From: Mytilus trossulus
Lineage: Eukaryota
Reading direction: 5' to 3'
Length of the DNA: 64,000 nucleotides
Assembly: GCF_036588685.1 (NCBI RefSeq)
Contig: NC_086376.1
Coordinates: 9,920,001 to 9,984,000 of the forward strand
Every line of letters begins with the position of its first letter. Position 1 is the stretch's first letter. Under the pieces are notes generated by a model. The model was not told the origin of the DNA. It was given only the letters and a program-made list of their open reading frames with translations, and did not search any database. Both the position numbers and the translations under genes were made by a program. This document shows positions 1-15,400 of the stretch, piece by piece.

Positions 1-40
1 AATACTGAGGATGTCACACCTGAACAGAAAGTATAGAACA

Positions 41-156
41 CAGGAGTCAGTTTAAAAAAAAAAAAACTTGCGACTAAGATTGACCGTAAGTTATGAACAA
101 TGCAGTACACTTAAAACCAATCTTAGTCGTAAGTTTTTTTGTGAAACAGACTCCAG
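41..156. mobile_element. Small foldback MITE (imperfect inverted repeat)
   Basis: ggagtc..aaaaaacttgcgactaagattg (43-82) pairs with caatcttagtcgtaagttttttt..gactcc (118-154). Confidence 0.55.
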
Positions 157-219
157 GCATTTGTCTCAGAAGTTTTTTTCTTCTATATAATTGAATATAA
201 CACTATTAATGTATATAGT

Positions 220-423
220 GGAGGGATTGAGACAATTGCCTGTGGTATAGAGTGGGGGATTGAGACAATTGCCTGTGGTATAGAGTGGGGGGATTGAGAC
301 AATTGCCTGTGGTATAGAGTGGGGGGATTGAGACAATTGCCTGTGGTATAGAGTGGGGGGATTGAGACAATTGCCTGTGGTATAGAGTGGGGGGATTGAG
401 ACAATTGTCTGTGGTATAGAGTC
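220..423. repeat. Minisatellite, ~33-bp unit (gggggattgagacaattgcctgtggtatagagt), ~6 copies
   Basis: Direct tandem copies that differ mainly in G-run length. Confidence 0.95.
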
Positions 424-1094
424 ATTGATAAATACAGCATTTCATGTCTTTGGTCCAATAAAAACAAAGTTAGAAAAAAATGCTATTAATAAAGCAAGGT
501 TTAATACAGAAGTTAAATACAGTACTATCCAACAAAAATCGTTGACCAGGCTTATCAAAATGTGAACTATTCTATCCTTAGATGTGAAAAACTATAATTC
601 TTTCGTAGCACAAAAAAGAATTAAAAAATCCCCTTATATCGAGATATGAAAAGATCCGTTTTCGGTAAATTTAAATTCAGTGCAACTAAGAACAATTTGA
701 AGAGGGCTTTATACCAATCTTGAAAGAAAATAACGCCTTTGCCTATCCTTATTTTGGCAAGAAATTGAGGATGAATATAATTTCTTCTCAGTTTGTCCAT
801 GTTAAATATCATTTAAGGATACCTATATACAAAAAAAATAAAACTATTCTTAATTCTAATTTTATTAATCACAATCAACTTTTACACTGAGGCATATAAT
901 CACACTTTTGAATAGCAGTTTCCCATTAAGAAAGAAAATTGTTTTTTTTTTTACATGTGTCCCCTTTATTCATCATTGACAGTATGTGTAGTCTTCTTTT
1001 TCGTCTGAATTCCACTGTCACTCTTATTGTTGTTAGTTTATTATTTCAATTGTACTAATGTATGCTGTTACCATTTCATAAAGATAGATATTAG

Positions 1095-4000
1095 TTCACA
1101 TGTGGATTGTCGACAGGCATTCGAAATATAATTCACATCTGGATTATCGACAGGCATACGATATGATTGAAATTAGGATTGTGGACAGGCATTCAATGTT
1201 ATTGACATGTGGATTGTCGATAGACATTCTATGTAATTGACATGTGAAATGTCGATAGACATTCGATGTTATTGACATGGGGATTGTCGACAGACACTCA
1301 ATGTTATTGACATGTAAATTATCGATAGACATTCAATGTAATTAAAATGTTGGTTGTCGACAGATACTCGATGAAATTGAAAGGTAAATTGTCGACAGAT
1401 ATTCGATGTAATTGACATGCAAATTGTGATACTTGTTGCTTGTCGACAGACATTCGATGTAATTGACATGTGGATTGTTGATAGATATTCGATGTTATTG
1501 ACATGCGAGTTGTCGATAGATATTCGATGTTATTGACATGTTGGTTGTCGATAGATATTCGATGTAATTGACATGTGAATTGTCGATAGACATTCGATGT
1601 TTTTGACATGAGGATTGTCGATAGATATTCAATGTTATTGACATGTGAATTGTCGAAAGATATTCGATGTTATTGACATGAGGATTGTCGATAGATATTC
1701 AATGTTATTGACATGTGAGTTGTCGATAGATATTCGATGTTATTGACATGATGGTTGTCGATAGATATTCGATGTAATTGACATGTGAATTGTCGATAGA
1801 CATTCGATGTTTTTGACATGAGGATTGTCGATAGATATTCAATGTTATTGACATGTGAGTTGTCGATAGATATTCGATGTTATTGACATGATGGTTGTCG
1901 ATAGATATTCGATGTAATTGACATGTGAATTGTCGATAGACATTCGATGTTTTTGACATAGGGATTGTCGACAGATATTCAATGTTATTGACGTGTAAAT
2001 TATCGATAGACATTCAATGTAATTAAAATGTTGGTTGTCGACAGATACTCGATGAAATTGACAGGTAAATTGTCGACAGATATTCGATGTAACTGACATG
2101 CAAATTGTGATACATGTTGCTTGTCGACAGACAATAAGTGTAATTGACATGTGAATTGTCGATAGATATTCGATGTAATTGACATGTGGATTGTCGATAG
2201 ATATTCGATGTAATTGACATGTGGATTGTCGACAAACATTCAATGTTATTGACATGTAAATTATCGATAGACATTCAATGTTATTAAAATGTTGGTTGTC
2301 GACATATATTCGGTGTAATTGACATGTGAATTGTCGATAGATATTCGATGTAATTGACATGTGAATTGTCGAAAGATATTCGATGTTATTGACATGTGAA
2401 TTGTCGATAGATATTCGATGTAATTGACATGTGAATTGTCGATAGACATTCGATGTTATTGACATGTGAATTGTCGATAGACATTCGATGTAATTGACAT
2501 GTGAATTGTCGAAAGATATTCGATGTAATTGACATGTGAATTGTCGATAGACATTCAATGTAATTGACATGTGGATTGTCGAGACATTCGATGTAATTGA
2601 CATGTGGATTGTCGACAGATGTTTAAAATGTAATTGACATGTGGATTGTCGATAGACATTCAATGTAATTGACATGTGGATTGTCGACATATATTCTATG
2701 CAATTGACATGTAAATTGTCGATAGACATTCAATGTAATTGACATGACGGTTGTCGACAGACATTCAGTGTAATGGACATGATGGTTGTCGAAAGACATT
2801 GGGTGTAATTGACATTTGGATTATCGGCAGACATTCAATGTAACTGAAATGTGAATTGTCGAAATCATTCAATGTCATTGACATGCGGATTTCGAGACAT
2901 TCGATGTAATTGACATGTGAATTGTCGACAGACATTCAATGTAATTGACATGTGGATTGTCGACATATGTTTAATGTAATTGACCTGTGGATTGTCGATA
3001 GACATTCAGTGTAATTGAAATGTGGATTGTCGACAGATATTCGATGTAATTGACATGTAAATTGTCGATAGACATTCAATGTAATTGACATGATGGTCGT
3101 CGACAGACATTCGATGAAATTGACATGTGAATTGTCGAAAACATTCAATGTTATTGACAGGTGGATTTCGAGATATTCGATGTAATTGACATGTGAATTG
3201 TCGACATGCATTCGATGTTATTGACATGTGGATTGTCGACAGGCATTCGATGAAATAGACATGTGGATTGTTGACAGACATTCGATGTAATTGACTTGTG
3301 AATTGTCGATATATTTTAAATGTAATTGAAACGTGGATAGTCGACATGCATTCAATATGGCACGTGGATTGGACAGCCATTCGATATCATTGACATGTAA
3401 ATTATCGATACACATTCAATATAATTGGCACGTGGATTGTCGACAGGCATTCGATGTTATTGACATGTGGATTGTCGAAATACTTTAAATGTAACTGACG
3501 CGTAGATTGTCGACAAACATTCGATATGATTGACATGTTGATTGTCGATATCGATACAATAGATCAATTTGACATGTGGATTGTCGACATGCATTCTATG
3601 TAATTGACATATAGATTGTTGACATGCGGTAGATGTATTGACATGCGGATTGTCGACAAGCATTTTATATATAAAACCAATTTGGATTTTCGACCTGATT
3701 GACATGTATATTTTTTACAGGCAATCGATATTATTGGCATGTGGATTGCCGACAGGCATTCGATATAATTGACATGTGGATGGTTAACCGGCCTTCAATT
3801 TAATTGAGATGCATATCTTCGACAGGCATTCGATATGATTGACATATGGATTTTGCCAAGCATTCGATATGATTGACGAGTGGATTGTCGACAGACATTC
3901 AATATATAAAACCAATTTGAATTTTCAACATGATTAACATGTGTATTTTCGACACACTCGATATAATTGACACGTGGATTGTGGACAGGCATTCGATATA

Positions 4001-7000
4001 ATTGACATGTGGATTTTCGACAGGCATTCGATATAATTGCCATGTAGATTGTCGACAGGCATTTGATATGATTGACAAGCGGATGGTCAACAGGCATTCG
4101 ATATAATTGACATGCATATTTTGGACAGGCATTCGATATAATTGACATGTCGATTGTCGACAGGCATTCTATATGATTGATTAGCGGATGATCAGCAGAC
4201 ATTCAATATAATTGACATGTATATTTTCGTTAAGCTTTCGATATAATTGACATGTGGATTGTTGACAGGCATTCGATATATTTGGCATGTCTATCTTCAA
4301 CAGGTATTTGGTATGATTGACATGTGGATTGTCGACAGGCTTTCGATTAAATTGACATGTGGATTGAGCACATGCATCAGATGTTAATGACATTCAATAT
4401 ATAATTCTAATGTGGATTGTTAACAGGTTTTCGATATGATTGATAAGTGGATGGTCAACACACATTCGATTATTCACATGTGGACTGTCGACATGCAATC
4501 TATATGATTGACGTGTGGTTTTTTGACGGGCATTCGATGTAATTGGCAAGCGGATGGTCAACAGGCCTTCAATATAATTGACATGTATATTTTCGACAGG
4601 CATTCGATATAATTGACATGTGGATTTTGCCAAGCATTCGATGTAATTGACAAGCGGGTGGTCAACAGGCCTTGAATATAATTGACATGTTTATTTTCGA
4701 CAGGCATTCGATATAATTGACATGTGGATTTTGCCAAGCATTCGATATGATTGACGAGTGGATTGTCGACAGGCATTCAATATATAAAACCAATTTGAAT
4801 TTTCGACATGATCTATATGTGTATTTTCGACAGCCATTCGATATGAGTGGCACGTGAATTGTCGACAGACACTCAATATAATTGACATGTGAATTGTGGA
4901 CAGGCATTATATAATTGACATGTGGATTTTCGACAGGCATTTGATATAATTGCCATGTAGATTGTCGACAGGCATTTGATTTGATTGACAAGCGGATGGT
5001 CAACAGCCATTCGATATAATTGACATGTATATTTTGGACAGGCATTCGATATAATTGACATGTGGATTGTCGGCAGACATTCTATATGATTGACAAGCGG
5101 ATGGTCAGCAGACATTCAATATAATTGACATGTATATTTTCGTTAAGCATTCGATATGATTGACATGTGGATTGCCGATAGGCCTTCTATTAAATTGACA
5201 TGTAGATTGAGCACATGCATTAGATGTTAATGACATTCAATATGTAATTCTAATGTTGATTGTTAACAGGTTTTCGATATGATTGAAAAGTGGATGGTCA
5301 ACACACATTCGATTATTCACATGTGGACTGTCGACATGCATTCTATATGATTGACGTGTGGTTTTTTGACGGGCATTCGATGTAACTGACAAGCGGATGG
5401 TCAACAGGCCTTCAATATAATTGACATGTATATTTTCGACAGGCATTCGATATAATTGACATGTGGATTTGCCAAGCATTCGATGTAATTGACAAGCGGA
5501 TGGTCAACAGGCCTTCAATATAATTGACATGTATATTTTCGACAGGCATTCGATATAATTGACATGTGGATTTTGCCAAGCATTCGATATGATTGACGAG
5601 TGGATTGTCGACAGGCATTCAATATATAAAACCAATTTGAATTTTCGACATGATCTATATGTGTATTTTCGACAGCCATTCGATATGAGTGGCCCGTGAA
5701 TTGTCGACAGACACTCAATATAATTGACATGTGGATTGTGGACAGGCATTATATAATTGACATGTGGATTTTCGACAGGCATTCGATATAATTGCCATGT
5801 AGATTGTCGACAGGCATTTGATTTGATTGACAAGCGGATGGTCAACAGCCATTCGATATAATTGACATGTGGATTGTTGACAGGCATTTGATTTGATTGA
5901 CAAGCGGATGGTCAACAGACATTCAATATAATTGACATGTATATTTTCGTTAAGCATTCGATATAATTGACATGTGGATTGTTGACAGGCATTCAATATA
6001 ATTGACAAGCGGATGGTCAACAGACATTCAATATAATTGACATGTATATTTTCGTTAAGCATTCGATATAATTGACATGTGGATTGTTGACAGGCATTCA
6101 ATATAATTGACATGACTATTTTCGACAGGCATTCGATTTAATTGACATGTGGATTGTCGATAGGCTTTCTATTAAATTGACATGTAGATTGAGCACATGC
6201 ATTAGATGTTATTGACTTGTGGGTTGTCGACAGACATTTAATATATAATCCTTATGAGGATTGTAAACAGGTTTTCGATATGATTGATAAGTGGATGGTC
6301 GACACGCGTTCGATAATTGACATGTGGACTGTCGACATGCATTCTATATGATTGACGTGTGTTTTTTTTGACGGGCATTCGATGTAATTGACAAGCGGAT
6401 TGTCAACAGGCATTCAATATAATTGACATGTATATTTTCGACAGGCATTCGATATAATTGACATGTGGATTGTCGACAGGCATTTGATATGATTGACAAG
6501 CGGATGGTCAACAGACATTTAATATTAGACATGTATATTTTCGACAGGCGTTCGATATAATTGACATCTGGATTGTCGACAGACATTCGATATGATTGAA
6601 AAGCGTATGGTCAACAGACATTCAATATTATTGACAAGTATATTTTCGACTTGTAGTAAGCATTCGATATAATTGACAAGTTGATTTTCGACAGGCATTC
6701 GATATGATTGACATGTTGATTTTTGACAGGCATTCGATATGATTGACATGTTGATTTTTGACAGGCATTCGATATGATTGACTTGTGTATTTTCGACACG
6801 CATTTGATGTTATTGACATGTGGATCGTCGAGAGGCTTTCGATACATAATTTCAATGTGGATTGTCAACAGGTATTCGATATGATTGATAAGTGGATGGT
6901 CGACACGCATTCGATTATTCACACGTGGACTGTCGACATGCATTCTATATGATTGACGTGTGGGTTTTTGACGGGCATTATATGTAATTGACAAGCGGAT

Positions 7001-10000
7001 GGTCAACAGGCATTCAATATAATTGACATGTTTATTTTCAACAAGCATTCGATATAATTGACATGTTGATTTTCAACAGGCATTTGATATGATTGACATG
7101 TGGATTGTCGAGAGGTTTTGATTAAATTGACATGTGGATTCTGCACATGCATTATATGTTATTGACATGTGGGTTGTCGACAGGCATTCAATAATAATTC
7201 CAATGTTGATTGTCGATATGATTGATAAGTGGATAAGGGACACGCATTCGATAATTGACGTGTGGACTGTCGATATGCATTCTATATGATTGACGTGTTG
7301 GTTTTTGACGGGCATTTGATGTAATTGTCATGTGGATTGTGGACAGGCATTCGAAATAATTGACATGTTGATTGTGGACAGGTATTAAATGTAGTTAAAA
7401 TGTGGATTGTTGACAGGCCTCAGGTGGAATTGACATGTGGATTGTTGATAGGCAATCGATGTAATTGGCACGTTGATTGTCGAAACGGAATCGATGTAAT
7501 TGACTTGTTGATTGTGGACAGACATTCGATATAATTGACATGTGGATTGTTGACAGGCATTCGATGTAATTGACATGTGGATTGTTGACAGACATCCGAT
7601 ATAATTGACATGTGGATTGTGGACAGACATTCGATATAATTGACATGTGGATTGTTGACAGGCATTCGATGTAATTGTCATGTGGATTGTTGACAGACAT
7701 CTGATATAATTGACATGTGTATTGTGGACAGACATTCGATATAATTGACATATGGATTGTTGACAGCCATTCGATGTAATTGACATGTGGATTGTTGACA
7801 GACATCCGAAATAATTGACATGTGGATTGTGGACAGACATTCGATATAATTGACATGTGGATTGTTGACAGGCATTCGATGTAATTGACATGTGGATTAT
7901 GGACAGACATTCGATATAATTGACATATGGATTGTGGACAGACATTCGATATAATTGACTTGTTGATTGTCGACAGACATTCAATAAAATTGACATGTGG
8001 ATTGTTGACAGGCATTCGATATAATTGACATATGAATTGTGGACAGACATTCGATATAATTGACATATGGATTGTGGGCAGACATCCGATATAATTGACA
8101 TGTGGATTGTGGACAGACATCCGATATAATTGACATATGGATTGTGGACAGACATTCGATATAATTGACATGTGGATTGTTGACAGGCATTCGATGTAAT
8201 TGTCATGTGAATTGTGGACAGACATTCGATATAATTGACATATGGATTGTGGACAGACATTCGATATAATTGACTTGTTGATTGTCGACAGACATTCAAT
8301 AAAATTGACATGTGGATTGTTGACAGGCATTCGATGTAATTGTCATGTGGATTGTGGACAGACATTCGATATAATTGACATATGGATTGTGGACAGACAT
8401 TCGATATAATTGACATGTGGACTGTTGACAGGCATTCGATGTAATTGTCATGTGGATTGTGGACAAAAATTCGATATAATTGACATGTGGATTGTGGACA
8501 GACATTCGATATAATTGACATGTGGATTGTTGACAGGCATTCGATGTAATTGTCATGTGGATTGTGGACAGACATTCGATATAATTGACATGTGGATTGT
8601 CAATATGCATTCGATGTAATTGTCATGTGAATTGTGGACAGACATTCGATATAATTGACATATGGATTGTGGACAGACATTCGATATAATTGACAAATAG
8701 ATTGTGGACAGACATTCGATATAATTGACATGTGGATTGTTGACAGGCATTCGATGTAATTGACATGTGGATTGTTGACAGACATTCGATATAATTGACA
8801 TGTGGACTGTCCACAGACATTCGATATAATTGACATATGGACTGTCCACAGACATTCGATATAATTGACATATGGATTGTGGACAGACATTCGATATAAT
8901 TGACATATGGATTGTGGACAGACATTCGATATAATTGACATATGGATTATGGACAGACATTCGATATAATTGACATATGGATTGTGGACAGACATTCGAT
9001 ATAATTGGCATATGGATTGTAGGCAGACATTCGATATAATTGACATATGGATTGTGGGCAGACATTCGATATAATTGACATATGGACTGTCCAGACATTC
9101 GATATAATTGACATATGGATTGTGGACAGACATTCGATATAATTGGCATATGGATTGTGGACAGACATTCGATATAATTGACATATGGATTGTGGACAGA
9201 CATTCGATGTAATTGACATGTGGATTGTTGACAGACATCCGATATAATTGACATGTGGATTGTTGACAGACATCCGATATAATTGACATGTGGATTGTGG
9301 ACAGACATTCGATATAATTGACATGTGGATTGTTGACAGGCATTCGATGTAATTGACATGTGGATTATGGACAGACATTCGATATAATTGACATATGGAT
9401 TGTGGACAGACATTCGATATAATTGACTTGTTGATTGTCGACAGACATTCAATAAAATTGACATGTGGATTGTTGACAGGCATTCGATATAATTGACATA
9501 TGAATTGTGGACAGACATTCGATATAATTGACATATGGATTGTGGGCAGACATCCGATATAATTGACATGTGGATTGTGGACAGACATCCGATATAATTG
9601 ACATATGGATTGTGGACAGACATTCGATATAATTGACATGTGGATTGTTGACAGGCATTCGATGTAATTGTCATGTGAATTGTGGACAGACATTCGATAT
9701 AATTGACATATGGATTGTGGACAGACATTCGATATAATTGACTTGTTGATTGTCGACAGACATTCAATAAAATTGACATGTGGATTGTTGACAGGCATTC
9801 GATGTAATTGTCATGTGGATTGTGGACAGACATTCGATATAATTGACATATGGATTGTGGACAGACATTCGATATAATTGACATGTGGACTGTTGACAGG
9901 CATTCGATGTAATTGTCATGTGGATTGTGGACAAAAATTCGATATAATTGACATGTGGATTGTGGACAGACATTCGATATAATTGACATGTGGATTGTTG

Positions 10001-12215
10001 ACAGGCATTCGATGTAATTGTCATGTGGATTGTGGACAGACATTCGATATAATTGACATGTGGATTGTCAATATGCATTCGATGTAATTGTCATGTGAAT
10101 TGTGGACAGACATTCGATATAATTGACATATGGATTGTGGACAGACATTCGATATAATTGACAAATAGATTGTGGACAGACATTCGATATAATTGACATG
10201 TGGATTGTTGACAGGCATTCGATGTAATTGACATGTGGATTGTTGACAGACATTCGATATAATTGACATGTGGACTGTCCACAGACATTCGATATAATTG
10301 ACATATGGACTGTCCACAGACATTCGATATAATTGACATATGGATTGTGGACAGACATTCGATATAATTGACATATGGATTGTGGACAGACATTCGATAT
10401 AATTGACATATGGATTATGGACAGACATTCGATATAATTGACATATGGATTGTGGACAGACATTCGATATAATTGGCATATGGATTGTAGGCAGACATTC
10501 GATATAATTGACATATGGATTGTGGGCAGACATTCGATATAATTGACATATGGACTGTCCAGACATTCGATTAATGGCATATGGATTGTGGACAGACATT
10601 CGATATAATTGACCTATGGATTGTGGGCAGACATTCGATATAATTGACATATGGATTGTGGACAGACATTCGATATAATTGGCATATGGATTGTGGGCAG
10701 ACATTCGATATAATTGACATATGGATTGTGGACAGACATTCGATATAATTGACATATGGACTGTCCAGACATTCGATATAATTGACATATGGATTGTGGA
10801 CAGACATTCGATATAATTGGCATATGGATTGTGGACAGACATTCGATATAATTGACATATGGACTGTCCAGACATTCGATATAATTGACATAAGGATTGT
10901 GGACAGACATTCGATATAATTGACCTATGGATTGTGGACAGACATTCGATATAATTGACATATGGACTGTCCAGACATTCGATATAATTGACATATGGAC
11001 TGTCCAGACATTCGATATAATTGACATATGGATTGTGGACAGACATTCGATATAATTGACCTATGGATTGTGGGCAGACATTCGATATAATTGACATATG
11101 GATTGTGGACAGACATTCGATATAATTGGCATATGGATTGTGGGCAGACATTCGATATAATTGACATATGGATTGTGGACAGACATTCGATATAATTGAC
11201 ATATGGATTGTGGACAGACATTCGATATAATTGACATATGGATTGTGGACAGACATTCGATATAATTGACATATGGATTGTGGACAGACATTCGATATAA
11301 TTGGCATATGGATTGTGGGCAGACATTCGATATAATTGACATATGGACTGTCCAGACATTCGATATAATTGACATATGGATTGTGGACAGACATTCGATA
11401 TAATTGACATATGGATTGTGGACAGACATTCGATATAATTGACCTATGGATTGTAGGCAGACATTCGATATAATTGACATATGGATTGTGGACAGACATT
11501 CGATATAATTGACATGTGGACTGTCCACAGACCTTCGATATAATTGACATATGGATTGTGGACAGACATTCGATATAATTGACCTATGGATTGTGGGCAG
11601 ACATTCGATATAATTGACATATGGATTGTGGACAGACATTCGATATAATTGACATATGGATTGTGGACAGACATTCGATATAATTGACATATGGATTGTG
11701 GACAGACATTCGATATAATTGACATATGGACTGTCCAGACATTCGATATAATTGACATATGGACTGTGGACAGACATTCGATATAATTGGCATATGGATT
11801 GTGGGCAGACATTCGATATAATTGACATATGGACTGTCCAGACATTCGATATAATTGACCTATGGATTGTGGGCAGACATTCGATATAATTGACATATGG
11901 ATTGTGGACAGACATTCGATATAATTGACATATGGATTGTGGACAGACATTCGATATAATTGACATATGGACTGTCCAGACATTCGATATAATTGACATA
12001 TGGATTGTGGACAGACATTCGATATAATTGACATATGGATTGTGGACAGGCATTCGATATAATTGACATATGGATTGTGGACAGACATTCGATATAATTG
12101 ACATATGGATTGTGGACAGGCATTCGATATAATTGACATATGGATTGTGGACAGACATTCGATATAATTGACATATGGATTGTGGACAGACATTCGATAT
12201 AATTGACAGGTGGGT
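1095..12215. repeat. ~11 kb satellite array, 35-bp monomer (cattcgatataattgacatRtggattgtSgacagR), ~300 copies, with 33-bp variants and higher-order duplications
   Basis: 35-bp period, clearest at 10320-12200. Degenerate at left, homogeneous at right. Higher-order offsets of ~105, 842 and 1468 bp. Confidence 0.97.
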
Positions 12216-12417
12216 TGTCGTAAGTGAACTTTAATTTTAAAAACTTGTATCATACTTTATGCAGATGACATAGTCTATCATACATTTTATAAATTTCTAA
12301 TAAAGGTTAGCAAGATTGTATTTTTTCTATAAGAACAATACAGTTTTTAATATTGTGAATAATTAAAATAGAACAGTGTAAAACAAGTAGAAAAATCCAA
12401 CTGTACTCTCGTCTTTT

Positions 12418-15400
12418 TTACTGTAACATATTTGAGTGTTGTAGGCAGTGCTTTAGATACAGGGCCAGTCCAATATGTGATGTTTTAAATCTTGGAGGTA
12501 CATCTTCATACAACTGACCGGTCGTATCGTATAAGTGACGTAGTAAGACCTACAATATAAAAATATCTCATATGAGTTTAATATAATTAGCTTGAAGAAA
12601 TGACCTTGTCTGCTTAGAAAATTCGCCCCTTCAAGAAACATAAATAACTGAAGTAACTTATATCAGATGGCTAGGGCTTGTAACTATATCATATGGCTAG
12701 GGCTTGTAACTATATCATATGGCTAGGGCTTGTAACTATATCATAGGGCTAGGGCGGCTTGTAACTATATCATATGACTAGGGCTTGTAACTGTATCATA
12801 TGGCTAGGGCGGCTTGTAACTATATCATATGGCTAGGGCTTGTAACTATATCAGATGGCTAGGGCTTGTAACTGTATCATATGGCTAGGGCGGCTTGTAA
12901 CTATATCATATGGCTAGGGCTTGTAACTGTATCATATGGCTAGGGCGGATTGTAACTATATCATATGGCTAGGGCTTGTAACTATATCAGATGGCTAGGG
13001 CTTGTAACTATATCATAGGGCTAGGGCTTGTAACTATATCATATGGCTAGGGCTTGTAACTGTATCATATGGCTAGGGCGGCTTGTAACTATATCATATG
13101 GCTAGGGCTTGTAACTGTATCATATGGCTAGGGCGGCTTGTAACTATATCATATGGCTAGGGCTTGTAACTGTATCATATGGCTAGGGCGGATTGTAACT
13201 ATATCATATGGCTAGGGCTTGTAACTATATCAGATGGCTAGGGCTTGTAACTATATCATAGGGCTAGGGCTTGTAACTATATCATATGGCTAGGGCTTGT
13301 AACTGTATCATATGGCTAGGGCGGCTTGTAACTATATCATATGGCTAGGGCTTGTAACTGTATCATATGGCTAGGGCGGCTTGTAACTATATCATATGGC
13401 TAGGGCTTGTAACTATATCAGATGGCTAGGGCTTGTAACTGTATCATATGGCTAGGGCGGCTTGTAACTATATCATATGGCTAGGGCTTGTAACTGTATC
13501 ATATGGCTAGGGCGGATTGTAACTATATCATATGGCTAGGGCTTGTAACTATATCAGATGGCTAGGGCTTGTAACTATATCATAGGGCTAGGGCTTGTAA
13601 CTATATCATATGGCTAGGGCTTGTAACTATATCATATGGCTAGGGCTTGTAACTATATCATATGGTTAGGGCTTGTAACTACATCATATGGCTAGGGCTT
13701 GTTACTATATCATATGGCTAGGGCTTGTAACTATATCATATGGCTAGGGCTTGTAACTATATCATATGGCTAGGGCTTGTAACTATATCAGATGGCTAGG
13801 GCTTGTAACTATATCATAGGGCTAGGGCTTGTAACTATATCATATGGCTAGGGCTTGTAACTATATCATATGGCTAGGGCTTGTAAGTATATATCATATG
13901 GCTAGGGCTTGTAACTATATCATATGGCTAGGGCTTGTAACTATATCATATGGCTAGGGCTTGTAACTATATCATATGGCTAGGCTTAACTTCTTTTTAA
14001 TATAATAAATAACAATAACAGTAAGCAATTCGCCATTTTAACAAACCAGTTTACCATATTGTAGAAAGGCTTAGGCTGATTGACTTTTGTGTGGAATTAA
14101 TTATGATTATCACTTATACTCACTGTATCGGTTATTTTTATTTTTATTTGCATGCAGAATGTAAATTCATTTTTCCTGTTAGTTTCATTTTTGTTATTAA
14201 TTTATGATATCATACTCCCCGACAATAGAGCTTCTTGTGTGTTTTAAAAAATATTTGCAACGTGACCATTTAGGAGGATTACTAAACCGATAGATGGATA
14301 AAATCTGATTAAATTGGACTAACTTCCCAAATAAACAAGTAAAACTGCGAGCTACTGCTCACTGATGATACCCCCGCCGCAAGTGGATAATATATTAATA
14401 GTGTAAAAATATGCAAGTGTTCGATAAACAGGAAATTGACGAGGAATGAATCTGAAAACGCATCACACGGTATAGCTGACTTATATAAATCCTGAAACCA
14501 AATTTCAGAAATCCTTGTATTGTAGTTCCTGAGAAAAATGTGACGAAAATTTTCAACTTGGCTATCATGTGTAAAATCATACAAGTGTTCGGTAAACAGG
14601 AAGTTGTCAAGTGATCAATCTAAAAACGCATCGCACGGTATAGCTGACTTAGATAAATCCTGAAACCAAATTTCAGAAATCCTTGTAATGTAGTTCCTGA
14701 GAAAAATGCGACGAAAAATATTCATGGGACGGACTGACTGACGGACGGATGGACGGACTGACGGACTGACGGACTGACAGACAGAGGTAAAACAGTATAT
14801 CCCCCTTTTTTTTAAAGCGGGGTATAATTAGAGAATCATAAGAGTCTGATCACTCACCTGCGTACACATAATACAAGGAAGTGAAAGTTAAAACTAGATG
14901 TGTCAAAGCGACACGAATGGCCCCGTCCCAAAAAGTTGGAAAATCTGCAATTTCAATAACACATGTTGACACTTGTAAACATGATGGTAGTCTCACATTG
15001 ATGTGTTCATAATTATATTTTTTTTAAATCAACTGTTAACAAAACTCAGCTCAAAATGTGGAGGCCTATGGAAAAAAAGTCTGTTTAACTGTTAACAAAA
15101 CTCAGCTCAAAATGTGGAGGCCTATAGCAAAAAAGTCTGTATAACTGTGATTTTCAGCAATTTTCAAAGTTGTAAACCCTTAATTTTGGCAAAAAAACTT
15201 GGCAAAAATTAATGGAGAGGAACAAAACTTAAACTTGATTTATAACTCATCATGGTTTTAAAACTCACAAACCAAAAATCAGCCCAATATCTGAAGCGTT
15301 TAGAAAAAAACTCCGTATAACTGTGATTTTCAACAATTAATCAAAGTCCAAAGCGCGTAATTGCAGTAAAATTTAGCGTAGCGGAACGAAACTTAAACTT

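Noticed and set aside
621-822. 63-aa minus-strand ORF after an acceptor-like tttttttgtatatag
   Set aside because: All three frames stop within seven codons of the acceptor and no family is recognisable, so it is unsupported as a coding exon.
1144-12253. Dozens of minus-strand ORFs up to 509 aa
   Set aside because: They are translations of the 35-bp satellite, overlap in all three frames, and the monomer simply lacks stops on that strand.
1095-13986. CRISPR-like appearance of the 26-35 bp repeats
   Set aside because: Repeats are head-to-tail with no unique spacers, there are no cas genes, and the context is eukaryotic.
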